This document shows positions 1 to 10,016 of a stretch of DNA of 64,000 nucleotides, one piece after another. The translations under genes were made by a program, and so were the position numbers. This stretch comes from a candidate division WOR_3 bacterium SM23_42 (GTDB lineage Bacteria; Hydrothermota; Tepidihabitantia; SM23-42): contig LJUJ01000010.1 of NCBI GenBank assembly GCA_001303785.1, forward strand, positions 6,765 to 70,764. The letters are read 5' to 3'. The notes under the pieces are model-generated. The model was given only the letters and a program-made list of their open reading frames with translations, was not told the DNA's origin and did not search any database. Within the stretch, counting starts at the first letter, position 1; each line of letters opens with the position of its first letter.

Positions 1-420
1 CGCGATTGAGGTCAAAAAGATGATGCTTATCACACAGATTACCACCGAAAATGCTTGTAGCATTGCCAACTCCTTTCGTTATGTAATGATTTATTGGGAA
101 CTACAGAAATTACCACTCGACGATTATATTTTACAATCAGTTACTTGTCAATATTGGCCTCGCTGTTATTCACTGTTATAATTCCTCTGAACCATGAGTC
201 AGTCACCTATCCGTACTCGTGGTACAGTATGTTGCAAGATTCAGGTCGTGTAATCAAATCTCAGAACCTTTTTGTGGAAGAGATGGAAGATGGTGCTTGA
301 CTTTTTGACACATACTAACTGAAAAAAACAAGTAGAAAACCATCAACCCCTTACGCCAGATTTGTGTTAATATTAGCATTACGGACTTACCATCCGCAGT
401 TTATAGTAATGTTTCGATGC

Positions 421-448
421 TTGACATATGGCACAATGAAACTATAAT
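421..448 (+). promoter_or_regulatory. sigma70-type promoter TTGACA-N16-TATAAT
   Basis: Perfect hexamers at 421-426 and 443-448, upstream of SD GGGAGG (495-500). Confidence 0.75.
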
Positions 449-510
449 AATCAAAGGAATTCAGTAAATTTCAGTACATTCATAAGAATGTACAGGGAGG
501 AGATTATGGT

Positions 511-1246
511 ATGAAAACAAAAGTATCTATTAATAACAGTCATTATTCTATTATGTTTCCCGCTGCTCGGATCTTCTCAATGGTTAGAGACCACTATCTA
601 TGTTCCGGATTCCCTTCATGGAGTTAGTGGGCCTGGAGCCTTCGCTTATAACCCGGCGAATAATAAAATCTATGTCGGTGGTTATGCAGGTCATTGCGTG
701 ATTGTGATTGATGGCGAGACGAACGAAAAGATTGCTAGAATTCCTGCGGGTTCAAGTATTAGGTCTTTTTGCTATAATGCAACCAACAACAAGGTCTATT
801 GCGCAAATGACAAGACCGATAACGTCGCCGTGATCGATGGAGTGACCGATAGCGTAATTACGACCATTACGGTCGGTGATGGTCCCAGTGGTTTTGCCTG
901 GAATCCTATTCAGAACCGTACTTATGTCGCAAATGGTGGTGCTTCAAGTATTTCGGTGCTTCGTGATTCGGTGACAGGCATCGAAGAGTCAACGCAGAAC
1001 GCTTCGCCTCTCATTTTGAACCTCCATCCCAACCCTGCAAAAACAGCGCTTACAATTGATGCGCCCACACCGCTGCTCGGCATTACGGTATACGATATCC
1101 TTGGCAGGTTAGTAAGAATAGAAGATATGATAAAATTTGAGAGTGGGATTACAATCACGGTAGAACATCTGAGTGCGGGCGTGTATTTTGTGAAAGTGAA
1201 TACCGAGAATAATGAGTTCATCAGAAAGGTGATAGTAACCAAATAG
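511..1246 (+). CDS. YVTN/YncE-type beta-propeller secreted protein with T9SS-type CTD; 5' end disrupted
   Basis: The frame of ORF 698-1246 is open back to 515 (KQKYLLITVIILLCFPLLGSSQWLETT..., a signal peptide plus AYNPANNKIYV repeat). ATG 511 is one base out of frame. C-terminus PNPAK...YDILGR...GVYFVK...KVIVTK. Confidence 0.7.
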
Positions 1247-1281
1247 ACCATTGATGCGCGAGTAACAAAGAAGGAGGAAGA

Positions 1282-2817
1282 GTGGTCTATTCTGTTCAGT
1301 GCTTATTTGTGGGCTTAGTGCTGATCCTGCCGATGTTCGGTCCTGCTCAAGAATGGGTGGTACGGTACAATGGGCCGTGTAATGGATATGATTGGGCAAA
1401 CGCAATTGCGGTTGATGACGCCGGCAACATTTATGTTACAGGACAGAGTTATGGTGCTGACACTAATTTCGACTATACGACAGTGAAGTACGACGCATCG
1501 GGTGTGGAGCAGTGGGTAGTAAGATATGACGGGCCGATTAATGACGAAGATGCAGCACTGGCGATCGCGCTTGACAACGTTGGCAATGTCTATGTCACAG
1601 GAGCGAGTTGTGGTCCGGGTACCTCTTATGACATTACCACACTGAAATATAATGCCTCGGGTGTAGAACAGTGGGTGGCAAGATATGATGGGCCTGGTCA
1701 TTGGACCGATTGGGCAAGTGCGATCGCGGTTGACAATGAAGGTAACATCTACGTCACCGGAGGGAGTTGGGGTAGTGGTACGTACGACGACTATACGACG
1801 ATAATGTATAATACCTCAGGTGTTGAACAATGGGTGGCACGATATGATGGTCTGGCCAAAGATACCGACTGTGCGTATGCAATCGCGCTTGATAATGCAG
1901 GCAACATCTATGTCACAGGACACAGCTATGGTGGTGGCACCTTTCGTGACTACGCGACGGTGAAGTATGATGCGTTGGGCGTTGAGCAGTGGGTGGTAAG
2001 ATATAATGGTATCGGTAATGAGAATGATTGTGCGTATGCAATCGCTTTAGACAGCGTCGGAGATGTCTATGTTACGGGTAAGAGTTGGGGTTCGGGCACC
2101 TATGAAGACTATGCAACGGTCAAGTATAATGCCTCGGGTGTCGAGCAGTGGGTTGCACGGTATGATGGTTCAGGTAATGGATATGATCGGGCGTATGCAA
2201 TCGCAGTGGGCAATGCGGATAATATCTACGTTACGGGCTGGAGCTGGGGCTCTGGTTCATCGAGTGACTATGCGACGGTCAAGTATGATGCCTCGGGTGT
2301 TGAGCAATGGGTGGTAAGATATAACGGGCCCAGTAATGAGGCTGATGGTGCAAATGCAGTCGCGCTTGATAATGCAGGCAATATCTATGTCACAGGAGGC
2401 AGTGGTTTAGGTGGCCAAGGAGATTTTGCAACGGTAAAATATGATTCTTGGGGCACAGAACAGTGGGTGGCAAGATATAACGGGCCAGGTAATGGGGATG
2501 ATGGGGCGAAAGCAATCGCGTTTGATGACGCAGGTAACATCTACGTAACGGGACCGAGTTACGGATCAGGCACCTCCGAAGACTATGCAACTATCAAATA
2601 TTTACCTACAGGTGTCGCAGAGAATACATCCACATTGGTCGACCAATATAAAATTACGACAACCATCTTTAGCGAACCTCTGCAACTCCCCGAAGGCAAG
2701 AAATGCACAATCTTTGACATCACGGGTAGGGTTGTGGAGCCTGCTGAGATTACCAGGGGGATTTACTTTGTCGAAATAGACGGAAAGGTGGTCCAGAAAG
2801 TAATTAAAATAAGGTGA
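1282..2817 (+). CDS. SBBP-repeat beta-propeller protein with short T9SS-type CTD
   Basis: SD AAGGAGG plus GTG; signal peptide; about 8 repeats of AIAVDxxGNIYVTGxS...DYATVKYDASGVEQWVARY; CTD FDITGR...GIYF...KVIKIR. Confidence 0.9.
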   Translation: MVYSVQCLFVGLVLILPMFGPAQEWVVRYNGPCNGYDWANAIAVDDAGNIYVTGQSYGADTNFDYTTVKYDASGVEQWVVRYDGPINDEDAALAIALDNVGNVYVTGASCGPGTSYDITTLKYNASGVEQWVARYDGPGHWTDWASAIAVDNEGNIYVTGGSWGSGTYDDYTTIMYNTSGVEQWVARYDGLAKDTDCAYAIALDNAGNIYVTGHSYGGGTFRDYATVKYDALGVEQWVVRYNGIGNENDCAYAIALDSVGDVYVTGKSWGSGTYEDYATVKYNASGVEQWVARYDGSGNGYDRAYAIAVGNADNIYVTGWSWGSGSSSDYATVKYDASGVEQWVVRYNGPSNEADGANAVALDNAGNIYVTGGSGLGGQGDFATVKYDSWGTEQWVARYNGPGNGDDGAKAIAFDDAGNIYVTGPSYGSGTSEDYATIKYLPTGVAENTSTLVDQYKITTTIFSEPLQLPEGKKCTIFDITGRVVEPAEITRGIYFVEIDGKVVQKVIKIR

Positions 2818-2821
2818 TAGT

Positions 2822-2854
2822 ATCGCTGTAATCTATTTCTTCATCACTGTAATC
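2822..2854 (+). repeat. Paired ATCRCTGTAATC direct-repeat motif
   Basis: Copies at 2822-2833 and 2843-2854; similar pairs at 4289-4320 and (reverse) 54071-54102. Confidence 0.65.
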
Positions 2855-2871
2855 GATTGCGAAGCAAGAGC

Positions 2872-2928
2872 ATCTACTTCATTGAAATTGACGGCGTGGT
2901 GACGCAAAAGGTGGTTAAGGTTAGATAG
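2872..2928 (+). pseudogene. Orphan CTD 3' fragment (IYFIEIDGVVTQKVVKVR*)
   Basis: Translates to a near copy of the last 18 aa of both flanking genes; has a stop but no start. Confidence 0.75.
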
Positions 2929-2967
2929 GGCGTAGTGTTATTAACGTGTGATGGCGAGGGGGTTGGT

Positions 2968-4266
2968 ATGAAGAGTATTGGTCGCTTAGGTATTGCAGTC
3001 GCAATACTGATCACATATGGTACTGCACATGCGGCTATCTGGTATGTACACCCCGACTCTACACTTAATTCAATTCAAATTGCACTTAATAGTTGTTCTA
3101 CGAATGACACAGTGCTTGTGGCCACTGGAATCTATTACGAGAATTTAATTTGGCCTACGTTAGCGGGAATTAAATTATTGAGTGAATCAGGGCCTGATTC
3201 CACTACAATAGACGGGGATTCAACCACAAGGATCATTACAATGCCGGGAAGTTTTATAGTAGACTCAAACACAATCGTTGAAGGGTTTACACTTCGGAAT
3301 GGAGTTTCGAATTCCGGTGGTGCTATCTACTGTTTTCATGCATCACCAAAGATTATGAACAATCGTATTATAAACAACTGTGCATCAGGTGGAGGTGGGG
3401 CTATTTGTTCACACAATGCAAATCTAATTATTGTTGGCAATACAATTTCAGACAATAATGCTCAATTCGGCGGCGGCATATATCTAACAACAGAAGACAA
3501 AGGCACAGAATCATTGACGGTAAATTATAGAATACTTAGCTTAATATTCAATAATACAATCACAAACAATCAAGCATATCTTGGTGGTGGCATTTTCTGG
3601 TACAATGAATGGTTTAGGAATGTTGAAGCTAATATTATAACTAACAATCATGCAGCTCATGGCGGAGGCATGTTCTGTATATATGCTGAAGGCTGTACAT
3701 TGTCTAATAACACAATTACTGATAATTCAGCAGATTCAATTGGTGGTGGTCTTTATCTGGTAGACTATAATGATAATATAACATGTAATACAATTGCAGG
3801 AAACGATGCTGGCGTACTAGCGGGTGGTATCTATAAAGAATTCTACGGCTATCCCTTGACCATTAGTTACAACAATATTTACAATAACGGATATGCTCTT
3901 TTTAATGCCAATTCTTCACAAATACCGATTGATGCGGAAAATAATTGGTGGGGTGACTCGACTGGTCCGTATCATCCTACAATCAATCCAGGAGGCTTAG
4001 GTGATTCGGTGAGTGATTATGTGGATTTCATTCCCTGGCTATATTGGCCAATTGGTGTTGAGGGGCAGCCAATCGTAAAATCTGTAGAGAAACATTGCAA
4101 TATGGGCGCAACGGTCTTCAGCGGACCTCTGCAGCTGCCAAAGGGTCATAAATGCAAAGTCTTTGATATCACGGGAAGACTTGTAGAGCCCAATAGGATA
4201 CGAGCCGGAATTTATTTCATTGAGATAGATGGGCAAATACAGAAGAAAGTTGTAAAAATAAGATAG
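2968..4266 (+). CDS. Right-handed parallel beta-helix (pectin-lyase-like) secreted protein with short CTD
   Basis: Probable ATG 2968 (MKSIGRLG..AHA signal); GGAI/GGGI...NNTITNN repeats; AENNWWG motif; CTD. Confidence 0.85.
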   Translation: MKSIGRLGIAVAILITYGTAHAAIWYVHPDSTLNSIQIALNSCSTNDTVLVATGIYYENLIWPTLAGIKLLSESGPDSTTIDGDSTTRIITMPGSFIVDSNTIVEGFTLRNGVSNSGGAIYCFHASPKIMNNRIINNCASGGGGAICSHNANLIIVGNTISDNNAQFGGGIYLTTEDKGTESLTVNYRILSLIFNNTITNNQAYLGGGIFWYNEWFRNVEANIITNNHAAHGGGMFCIYAEGCTLSNNTITDNSADSIGGGLYLVDYNDNITCNTIAGNDAGVLAGGIYKEFYGYPLTISYNNIYNNGYALFNANSSQIPIDAENNWWGDSTGPYHPTINPGGLGDSVSDYVDFIPWLYWPIGVEGQPIVKSVEKHCNMGATVFSGPLQLPKGHKCKVFDITGRLVEPNRIRAGIYFIEIDGQIQKKVVKIR

Positions 4267-4435
4267 ATATCGCGGCACTCGTGTCATTATCGCTGTAATC
4301 TTTCTGTTGTCACCGTAATCGAAGAAGGCGGATCCTTCGTGAGCGGATTTGTGAGAAAATGTTGAGGGTTTTGCATAATATTGCTTGACTGTCAGTACGG
4401 TAGCATTGACATAAACAGAAAAAACAGGAGGAACG

Positions 4436-5862
4436 ATGTTCAGTGAAGCAAATGTCAAATACCTAAAGAGAATCACGCTGATAGCGTTTGCGTTGCTACT
4501 GGTCATTCCCAGTGTGCTTTCTGCCCAATGGGAATCTGATTATAGGCTAACAACCAACAGTGATTCTTCTTTCACCTCATACAACAATGCCTGGTGTGTT
4601 GCAGCACACGCAGATACGGTCCACGTTGCTTGGTACGACAATCGTGATGGAAATTACGAAATATACTATAAATGCTCTTCTGATGGCGGCACAACCTGGG
4701 GGTCTGACACTAGAATAACTAACGAACCGAGCCCCTCGTATAATCCGTCAATTGCGTTTACCGGACCAAGTGTACATGTCGTGTGGGAAGATGAACGCAA
4801 TCAAGATATCGACGTATACCATAAGTGTTCGACAGATGGGGGTATTACCTGGGGGCCAGATATATTGGTTACTGATGTATCCGGGCCGCAGGGCATGCCA
4901 TCGGTTGCAGTTGTCACGGGCTGTGTGCATGTGGCTTGGGCAGATTTCACTTTGATTGGTAATACCGAGATTTACTATGGCCGTTCAACCGATGGCGGCA
5001 CGACCTGGCAGGCGCCGGTTCAGATGTCATATGCGCCTATGTTTTCGGTTTACCCTTCGATTGCAGCACATGAGTCAAACGTGCACGTTGCCTGGCAGGA
5101 TTCACGGCTTGGATGGTGGAACAATGAGATTTTTTACCGACGTTCCACAGATGGTGGCGTAAACTGGGGCGGCGAGCAGCAGCTCACCAGCGATACGACT
5201 TTCTCAAACACACCGAGCATTGCGGTATCAGGGAATAAGATAACGGTGAGACATGGAGTTCCGATTTTAGGTTGACCAATGATGCTGGCGACTCGCATTA
5301 TCCCTCAGCGGCTGCGTCAGGTTCAAACCTGCATATTACATGGCAGGACAATCGTGATGGTAACGAAGAGATCTATTATAAGGTCTCAAACGATTACGGC
5401 ATGAGCTGGGATCCTGATGTCAGGCTTACTGATGACCAGAGTGTCTCTCAGAATGCGTCCATTGCAGTCTCGGGAGAAAAAGTACATGTGGTATGGACTG
5501 ACGACAGAGACGGGAACTGGGAGGTATATTACAAGCGTAATCCAACTGGTAATCCAGGCATAGCTGAATCTCATTATAGTCACCAAACCGCCTTTAGTTT
5601 GGTTGCATCACCAAATCCGTTCTCAGAACTAACGACACTTAGCTTTGGCATGGGGCATAACGCAGCGCGCGTGACATTGAAAATCTACGACGCCACAGGT
5701 CGTGCAGTCAGACAGTGGGACTATCCGACGATAGGACTATCAGACCACGTCAGTTGGGATGGCACCGACCAGGATAATCATAAGCTAGGAAGTGGTGTTT
5801 ATTTTATGAAATGCACCAATGGTGATTGTATTGCTACTGAAAAATTACTTTTAATTAGATAA
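4436..5862 (+). pseudogene. BNR/Asp-box (sialidase-like) repeat protein with FlgD-Ig-type CTD, frameshifted near 5240
   Basis: Repeats HVxWxDxRDGNxEIYYKxSxDGGxTW continue across ORFs 4436-5275 and 5272-5862; about 20 codons of one repeat are missing at the junction. Confidence 0.75.
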
Positions 5863-5873
5863 CCGTTAAATCA

Positions 5874-6010
5874 GGGAACAGGCATAGCCTATTGGACAAC
5901 AGAATCGATATGTCGCAGACCTGCCGAAGGCAAGGGTTATACGTCGTTAGCTTTTGAGGTAGCCGAAAGCCACCTCCTCACCAGGGGTAGAATAGTTTAT
6001 GCCTGCCTCC
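5874..6010. mobile_element. Degenerate MITE-like element with imperfect 20-bp terminal inverted repeats
   Basis: GGGAACAGGCATAGCCTATT ... AATAGTTTATGCCTGCCTCC; ends resemble the 10888-11080 element. Confidence 0.5.
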
Positions 6011-6044
6011 GCGCGTGGTTGATTTTGGCGGGTTAGTCAAGTAA

Positions 6045-6076
6045 TGACGTTATGACTCAATGACATATTGACATGT
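6045..6076 (+). repeat. TGACnnnn octamer tandem repeat
   Basis: TGACGTTA TGACTCAA TGACATAT TGACATGT. Confidence 0.75.
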
Positions 6077-6088
6077 TATGCATGTCCC

Positions 6089-6116
6089 TTGACAAGGGCT
6101 GATGGATAATTATAGT
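6089..6116 (+). promoter_or_regulatory. sigma70-type promoter TTGACA-N16-TATAGT
   Basis: Near-consensus hexamers upstream of ATG 6196. Confidence 0.65.
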
Positions 6117-6195
6117 TTTATGTTGTTGAGTAAACGTATTCAGTAAGTTTTATATAAAACGATGCAACTGCGTCATGCGGAAAGGAGGTGTGAAA

Positions 6196-7254
6196 ATGTG
6201 TAAAAAACCGTTATCGGTTTGCATTATCGCGCTTGCTGCGATATTCTTTTTGGCAGAGATGGGTAGCGCGGCGGCAGTGACAACACAAGTGAGCACCGAA
6301 TATGTCCCAACCAGCAGTGCACACAGAGACACGGGTGATGTGGTTTTTCAGTTCAATTTCAGCGTAGCTGGACTAATAGATGGAATGGCTTGGGATGGTA
6401 CTAACTTGTGGATTAGTAGTGACGGTGCGGATAGGATATACAAATGTGACACTCTAGGTAATCGGCTTGATTCCTTTCCGGCGCCTGACTTTACGGCTAC
6501 AGGGTTGACCTGGGATGGACAATATCTATGGTGTGCGGATGGTGGCACCTTCTTTATCTATAAGATGGATCCAGTTACTGGTGCTATACTCGATAGTATT
6601 CCGGGTCCTGGTACCGGAGTTTCCTGCGAGGGCTTGGCTTGGATGAATGACACCATGTGGAATACTAACTGGAATGACAACTGGATATGGCAGCTCGATC
6701 CAACCACCGGTACTATCTGGGGTCAATTTCCTACTATAGGTACCGGCTCCACGGGGCTTGCGTGGGACTGGATTGACAATTGTCTATGGAATTCAGATCA
6801 GACCACGGATTTCATCTATAAACTTGATCCTACTGATTGTACGCTAATTACGGCTTTCGCTTGTCCAGATGCAGCGGTCCAAGATCTTGCTTTTGATGGC
6901 ACCTACCTGTGGACTTGCGGGTGGTATACGGGGAATGTATATAAGCTTGATATCGGATACACCGGCGTTGAAGAACATGAGGTAGTAAAGCCATTCACCG
7001 TTAGCCTGCAGGTTAGCCCGAATCCGTTCAAGCACAATACCGACATCATATGCCAGTTGAGTGATTGCCGTAGTGATGTTCAGCTAAGGATATACGACAT
7101 TACAGGGCATGAAATAAGGGAATTCACAGGTCAGTCATCCGTAACATGGGATGGCACTGACCATGCGAACCGTCGGCTGCCAAGCGGTGTCTACTTCGTG
7201 AAATTGAAGGTAGATGGTCAAACTGAGACACAGAAACTACTGCTGATAAGATAA
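6196..7254 (+). CDS. Beta-propeller protein (glutaminyl-cyclase/Vgb-like GLxWDG repeats) with FlgD-Ig-type CTD
   Basis: SD AAAGGAGG, ATG 6196; repeats GMAWDGTNLW, GLTWDGQYLW, DLAFDGTYLW; SPNPF...WDGTD...LPSGVYF. Confidence 0.85.
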   Translation: MCKKPLSVCIIALAAIFFLAEMGSAAAVTTQVSTEYVPTSSAHRDTGDVVFQFNFSVAGLIDGMAWDGTNLWISSDGADRIYKCDTLGNRLDSFPAPDFTATGLTWDGQYLWCADGGTFFIYKMDPVTGAILDSIPGPGTGVSCEGLAWMNDTMWNTNWNDNWIWQLDPTTGTIWGQFPTIGTGSTGLAWDWIDNCLWNSDQTTDFIYKLDPTDCTLITAFACPDAAVQDLAFDGTYLWTCGWYTGNVYKLDIGYTGVEEHEVVKPFTVSLQVSPNPFKHNTDIICQLSDCRSDVQLRIYDITGHEIREFTGQSSVTWDGTDHANRRLPSGVYFVKLKVDGQTETQKLLLIR

Positions 7255-7278
7255 AAGCATATCCAAATTAGTATAGAG

Positions 7279-7309
7279 GGAGGCGACTTTCAGTCGCCTC
7301 CTTTTTTTT
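7279..7309 (+). terminator. Rho-independent terminator
   Basis: GGAGGCGAC-TTTCA-GTCGCCTCC followed by T8. Confidence 0.9.
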
Positions 7310-7329
7310 GTTATCTCTAATGCCAAAAA

Positions 7330-7353
7330 GTTAAAAATGTTATGCCTGTCCCC
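7330..7353 (+). repeat. Solo copy of the 24-bp MITE end GTTAAAAATGTTATGCCTGTCCCC
   Basis: Identical to 11057-11080 and to the reverse complement of 10888-10911. Confidence 0.85.
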
Positions 7354-7527
7354 ATGTTTGCCCAAAGAGCTTGATGTTGTTAACATTTTGCTTATACTTC
7401 GTGTCAAATGCTTAGTGTGATTATGCGTCGAAAATGCAAGTTTATCAGCATAATCAGTGTCTAATTAGGCAATGGGGAATGTAATACAGAATAGGTAGCA
7501 GAGGAACCTTGTTGAAAGGAGCATAGG

Positions 7528-9972
7528 GTGATAAGAATGGGCAGATATTCTGGACTATTTTTCATTTTGATGCTTACAATAACCAACCAGGGTTATTCGC
7601 AAGAACGTCAGGAACGGAGGATTCCGCCAGGAACGATCATAGGTCGGGTGGTTGATGCCGAGCTCGGTACTCCGTTGGAGTATGCAAATGCAATTCTATA
7701 CGAAAAGTCTAGCAAGACTCAGATTACCGGTGGGATGACCGATAGCAATGGTGTTTTTCGCTTATTCGCGGTTAAGCCGGGTACCTACACTCTCGAAGTT
7801 TCATTCATGGGATACTATCCGAAGGAAATAAAAGATGTTGTGATTAGTAATGATCAGGATTTCGCCAGGACAGGCATTATACAATTGGATCGAGCGGTTC
7901 TTATGATGGAAGATGTTGATGTGACGAGTGAGAAGCCGGTAGTGGAGTTTAAGATTGATAAAAAAGTCATTAATGTAAGCAAAGACTTCACAACAATATC
8001 CGGTAACGCGGTCGATGTCCTACAGAATGCGCCATCCGTTACCGTTGACGTTGAAGGCAATGTCAGCCTGCGCGGTAGCACGAATTTCACGCTCTTGATC
8101 GATGGCCGGCCAACCGTGCTCGAGCCAAATGACGCATTACAGCAGATACCCGCGAGCAATATCGATCAGATCGAGCTTATAACCAATCCTTCGGCTAAAT
8201 ATGATCCGAGCGGCATCGCCGGCATAATTAACATCATTATGAAGAAACAGAAAGCACAGGGCACAAACGGCATTGCGAATCTCAATATCGGACTCGACGA
8301 CAAGTACGGAGCAGATTTCTTGGTGAATCACCGAACTGAGAAATTAAGTGTCTTTTTCGGAGCAAACTACAACGATCGTGCGCATCCAGGGACCTTTGTG
8401 TTGGAGAATCAGACAACCAGAGGCGATACCACTTCGTTCATCTCCTCGAGCGGTGATTCCCGATGGGGACGGAAATTCTACGGACTGAGGGGAGGTCTAG
8501 ATTGGTATCTCAGTGCCAATGATATCTGGAGTTTGGCGTTCCGATACGGGGTAAGGGATATGGAGATGTCTTCAGAGCGTGATTTCGATGAATGGACTAC
8601 ACCTGGGAATACGCACAACCTCTACATTAGCGAGACCAGTGTTGAGCGCGGTGGCAATTTCTATTCGCTTAATATGGATTATGGCCATAACTTCGGTGAA
8701 AAAGAACACAAGCTTTCTGGCCATGCTATGTTGAGCAGGAGGATGGGTGATGAAGAATCCAGCACTGAGCTGCTCGATACGGATAGTGTTGTAACAAGCG
8801 GGCAGCGTGCAATAGAAAGAGGTCCCTCAACCCGTATGCAATTCAACCTTGATTATGCGCTTCCCATCTGGGGTGTGAACAAGTTTGAGACGGGATACCA
8901 GGCCAGTTTAAGGCAAAGTACAGACACCAATGAAGTGTACGAATACAATCCCCTGACCGATGAATACGAATTCAGGCCAGAATTCAGCAACGTCGTTGAG
9001 TATGAAGACAAAATACATTCGCTCTACGCTTTGTATAAAGGAGAATGGGGTGATTTCGGATACCAGGGTGGCCTACGCAGCGAGTACCAGTACCGTCGCA
9101 TCGAACTCATAGGAGAAAATGAGGATTTCACCATTGACCAGTGGGATTTTTTCCCGAGCGCGCATGTATCATACAAATTCCCCGGTGAGCATGAGATGAT
9201 GGCTAGCTATACTCGAAGGATTGAGCGACCTAGAGGCTGGGAGCTCGAGCCATTTGAAACATGGACGGATGCCTACAATGTCCGCACCGGCAACCCGGCA
9301 CTCAAGCCCGAATATATCGATTCGTATGAGTTAGGCTACCAGGAAAACTTAGACCGAAATTCATTTTCGCTTGAGGGTTACTATAGGGTGACTCATAACA
9401 AGATCGAGCGCGTGCGTTCGGTATATGACGTAAATATCATACTGCACTCGGTGGAAAACGTGGGTACTGACTACTCATACGGTGCGGAGGCGATGATTGA
9501 GTGGGATCTATTCAGGTGGTTGAATTTGAATCTAACAGGCGATATTTATCAATACCGCGTTGAGGGAGAATTGTATGGTGATGCTTTTTCTCGAGAGAGT
9601 TTTAACTGGAACACACGTGTTAATAGTACTTTCAAAATCGCGAATTCCACGCGCCTTCAGATAAACGGAATGTACCACAGCCCCTCAGTTTCATCTCAGG
9701 GCCGGCGCGAGGGTTTCTACACAACGAATGGTGCTGTCAGACAGGATTTGTGGAATAAGAAATTAGCGCTTACACTTCAGTTACGTGATATCCTGGGGAC
9801 GGCTAAACATGAATTCACGAGTGAAGGCAGTGATTTCCGTTCATACACTGAGTTTTCTCGAAAATCACCCGTTGTGATGCTTACGCTTACGTACAATTTT
9901 AATAGGTACAGGCGGGAGCGTCAACCACAAGAAGAAGGGGAAGAGGAATTTGACGAAGAAGATGTTTTCTAA
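7528..9972 (+). CDS. TonB-dependent receptor / outer-membrane beta-barrel with N-terminal carboxypeptidase-regulatory-like domain
   Basis: IIGRVVDA..PLEYANA N-domain; plug motif IDQIELITNPSAKYDPSGIAGIINI; GNPALKPE; C-terminal LTLTYNF plus acidic tail. Confidence 0.9.
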   Translation: MIRMGRYSGLFFILMLTITNQGYSQERQERRIPPGTIIGRVVDAELGTPLEYANAILYEKSSKTQITGGMTDSNGVFRLFAVKPGTYTLEVSFMGYYPKEIKDVVISNDQDFARTGIIQLDRAVLMMEDVDVTSEKPVVEFKIDKKVINVSKDFTTISGNAVDVLQNAPSVTVDVEGNVSLRGSTNFTLLIDGRPTVLEPNDALQQIPASNIDQIELITNPSAKYDPSGIAGIINIIMKKQKAQGTNGIANLNIGLDDKYGADFLVNHRTEKLSVFFGANYNDRAHPGTFVLENQTTRGDTTSFISSSGDSRWGRKFYGLRGGLDWYLSANDIWSLAFRYGVRDMEMSSERDFDEWTTPGNTHNLYISETSVERGGNFYSLNMDYGHNFGEKEHKLSGHAMLSRRMGDEESSTELLDTDSVVTSGQRAIERGPSTRMQFNLDYALPIWGVNKFETGYQASLRQSTDTNEVYEYNPLTDEYEFRPEFSNVVEYEDKIHSLYALYKGEWGDFGYQGGLRSEYQYRRIELIGENEDFTIDQWDFFPSAHVSYKFPGEHEMMASYTRRIERPRGWELEPFETWTDAYNVRTGNPALKPEYIDSYELGYQENLDRNSFSLEGYYRVTHNKIERVRSVYDVNIILHSVENVGTDYSYGAEAMIEWDLFRWLNLNLTGDIYQYRVEGELYGDAFSRESFNWNTRVNSTFKIANSTRLQINGMYHSPSVSSQGRREGFYTTNGAVRQDLWNKKLALTLQLRDILGTAKHEFTSEGSDFRSYTEFSRKSPVVMLTLTYNFNRYRRERQPQEEGEEEFDEEDVF

Positions 9973-10016
9973 TGCCTGCTGTAAGTGCTTGAACGATTTT
10001 TCTTCTTATATTGGCA

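Noticed and set aside
2-300. ORF 94-300 and a possible CTD-like gene end (IEVKKMMLIT) at the window start
   Set aside because: No SD or recognisable family for 94-300; the upstream fragment is too short to support
512-560. Selenocysteine at TGA 512
   Set aside because: It lies in a signal peptide, has an AT-rich downstream region with no hairpin, and a 1-nt indel explains it
1342-2600. CRISPR-like periodic DNA repeats
   Set aside because: These are in-frame protein repeats (SBBP) with synonymous variation, not repeat-spacer arrays
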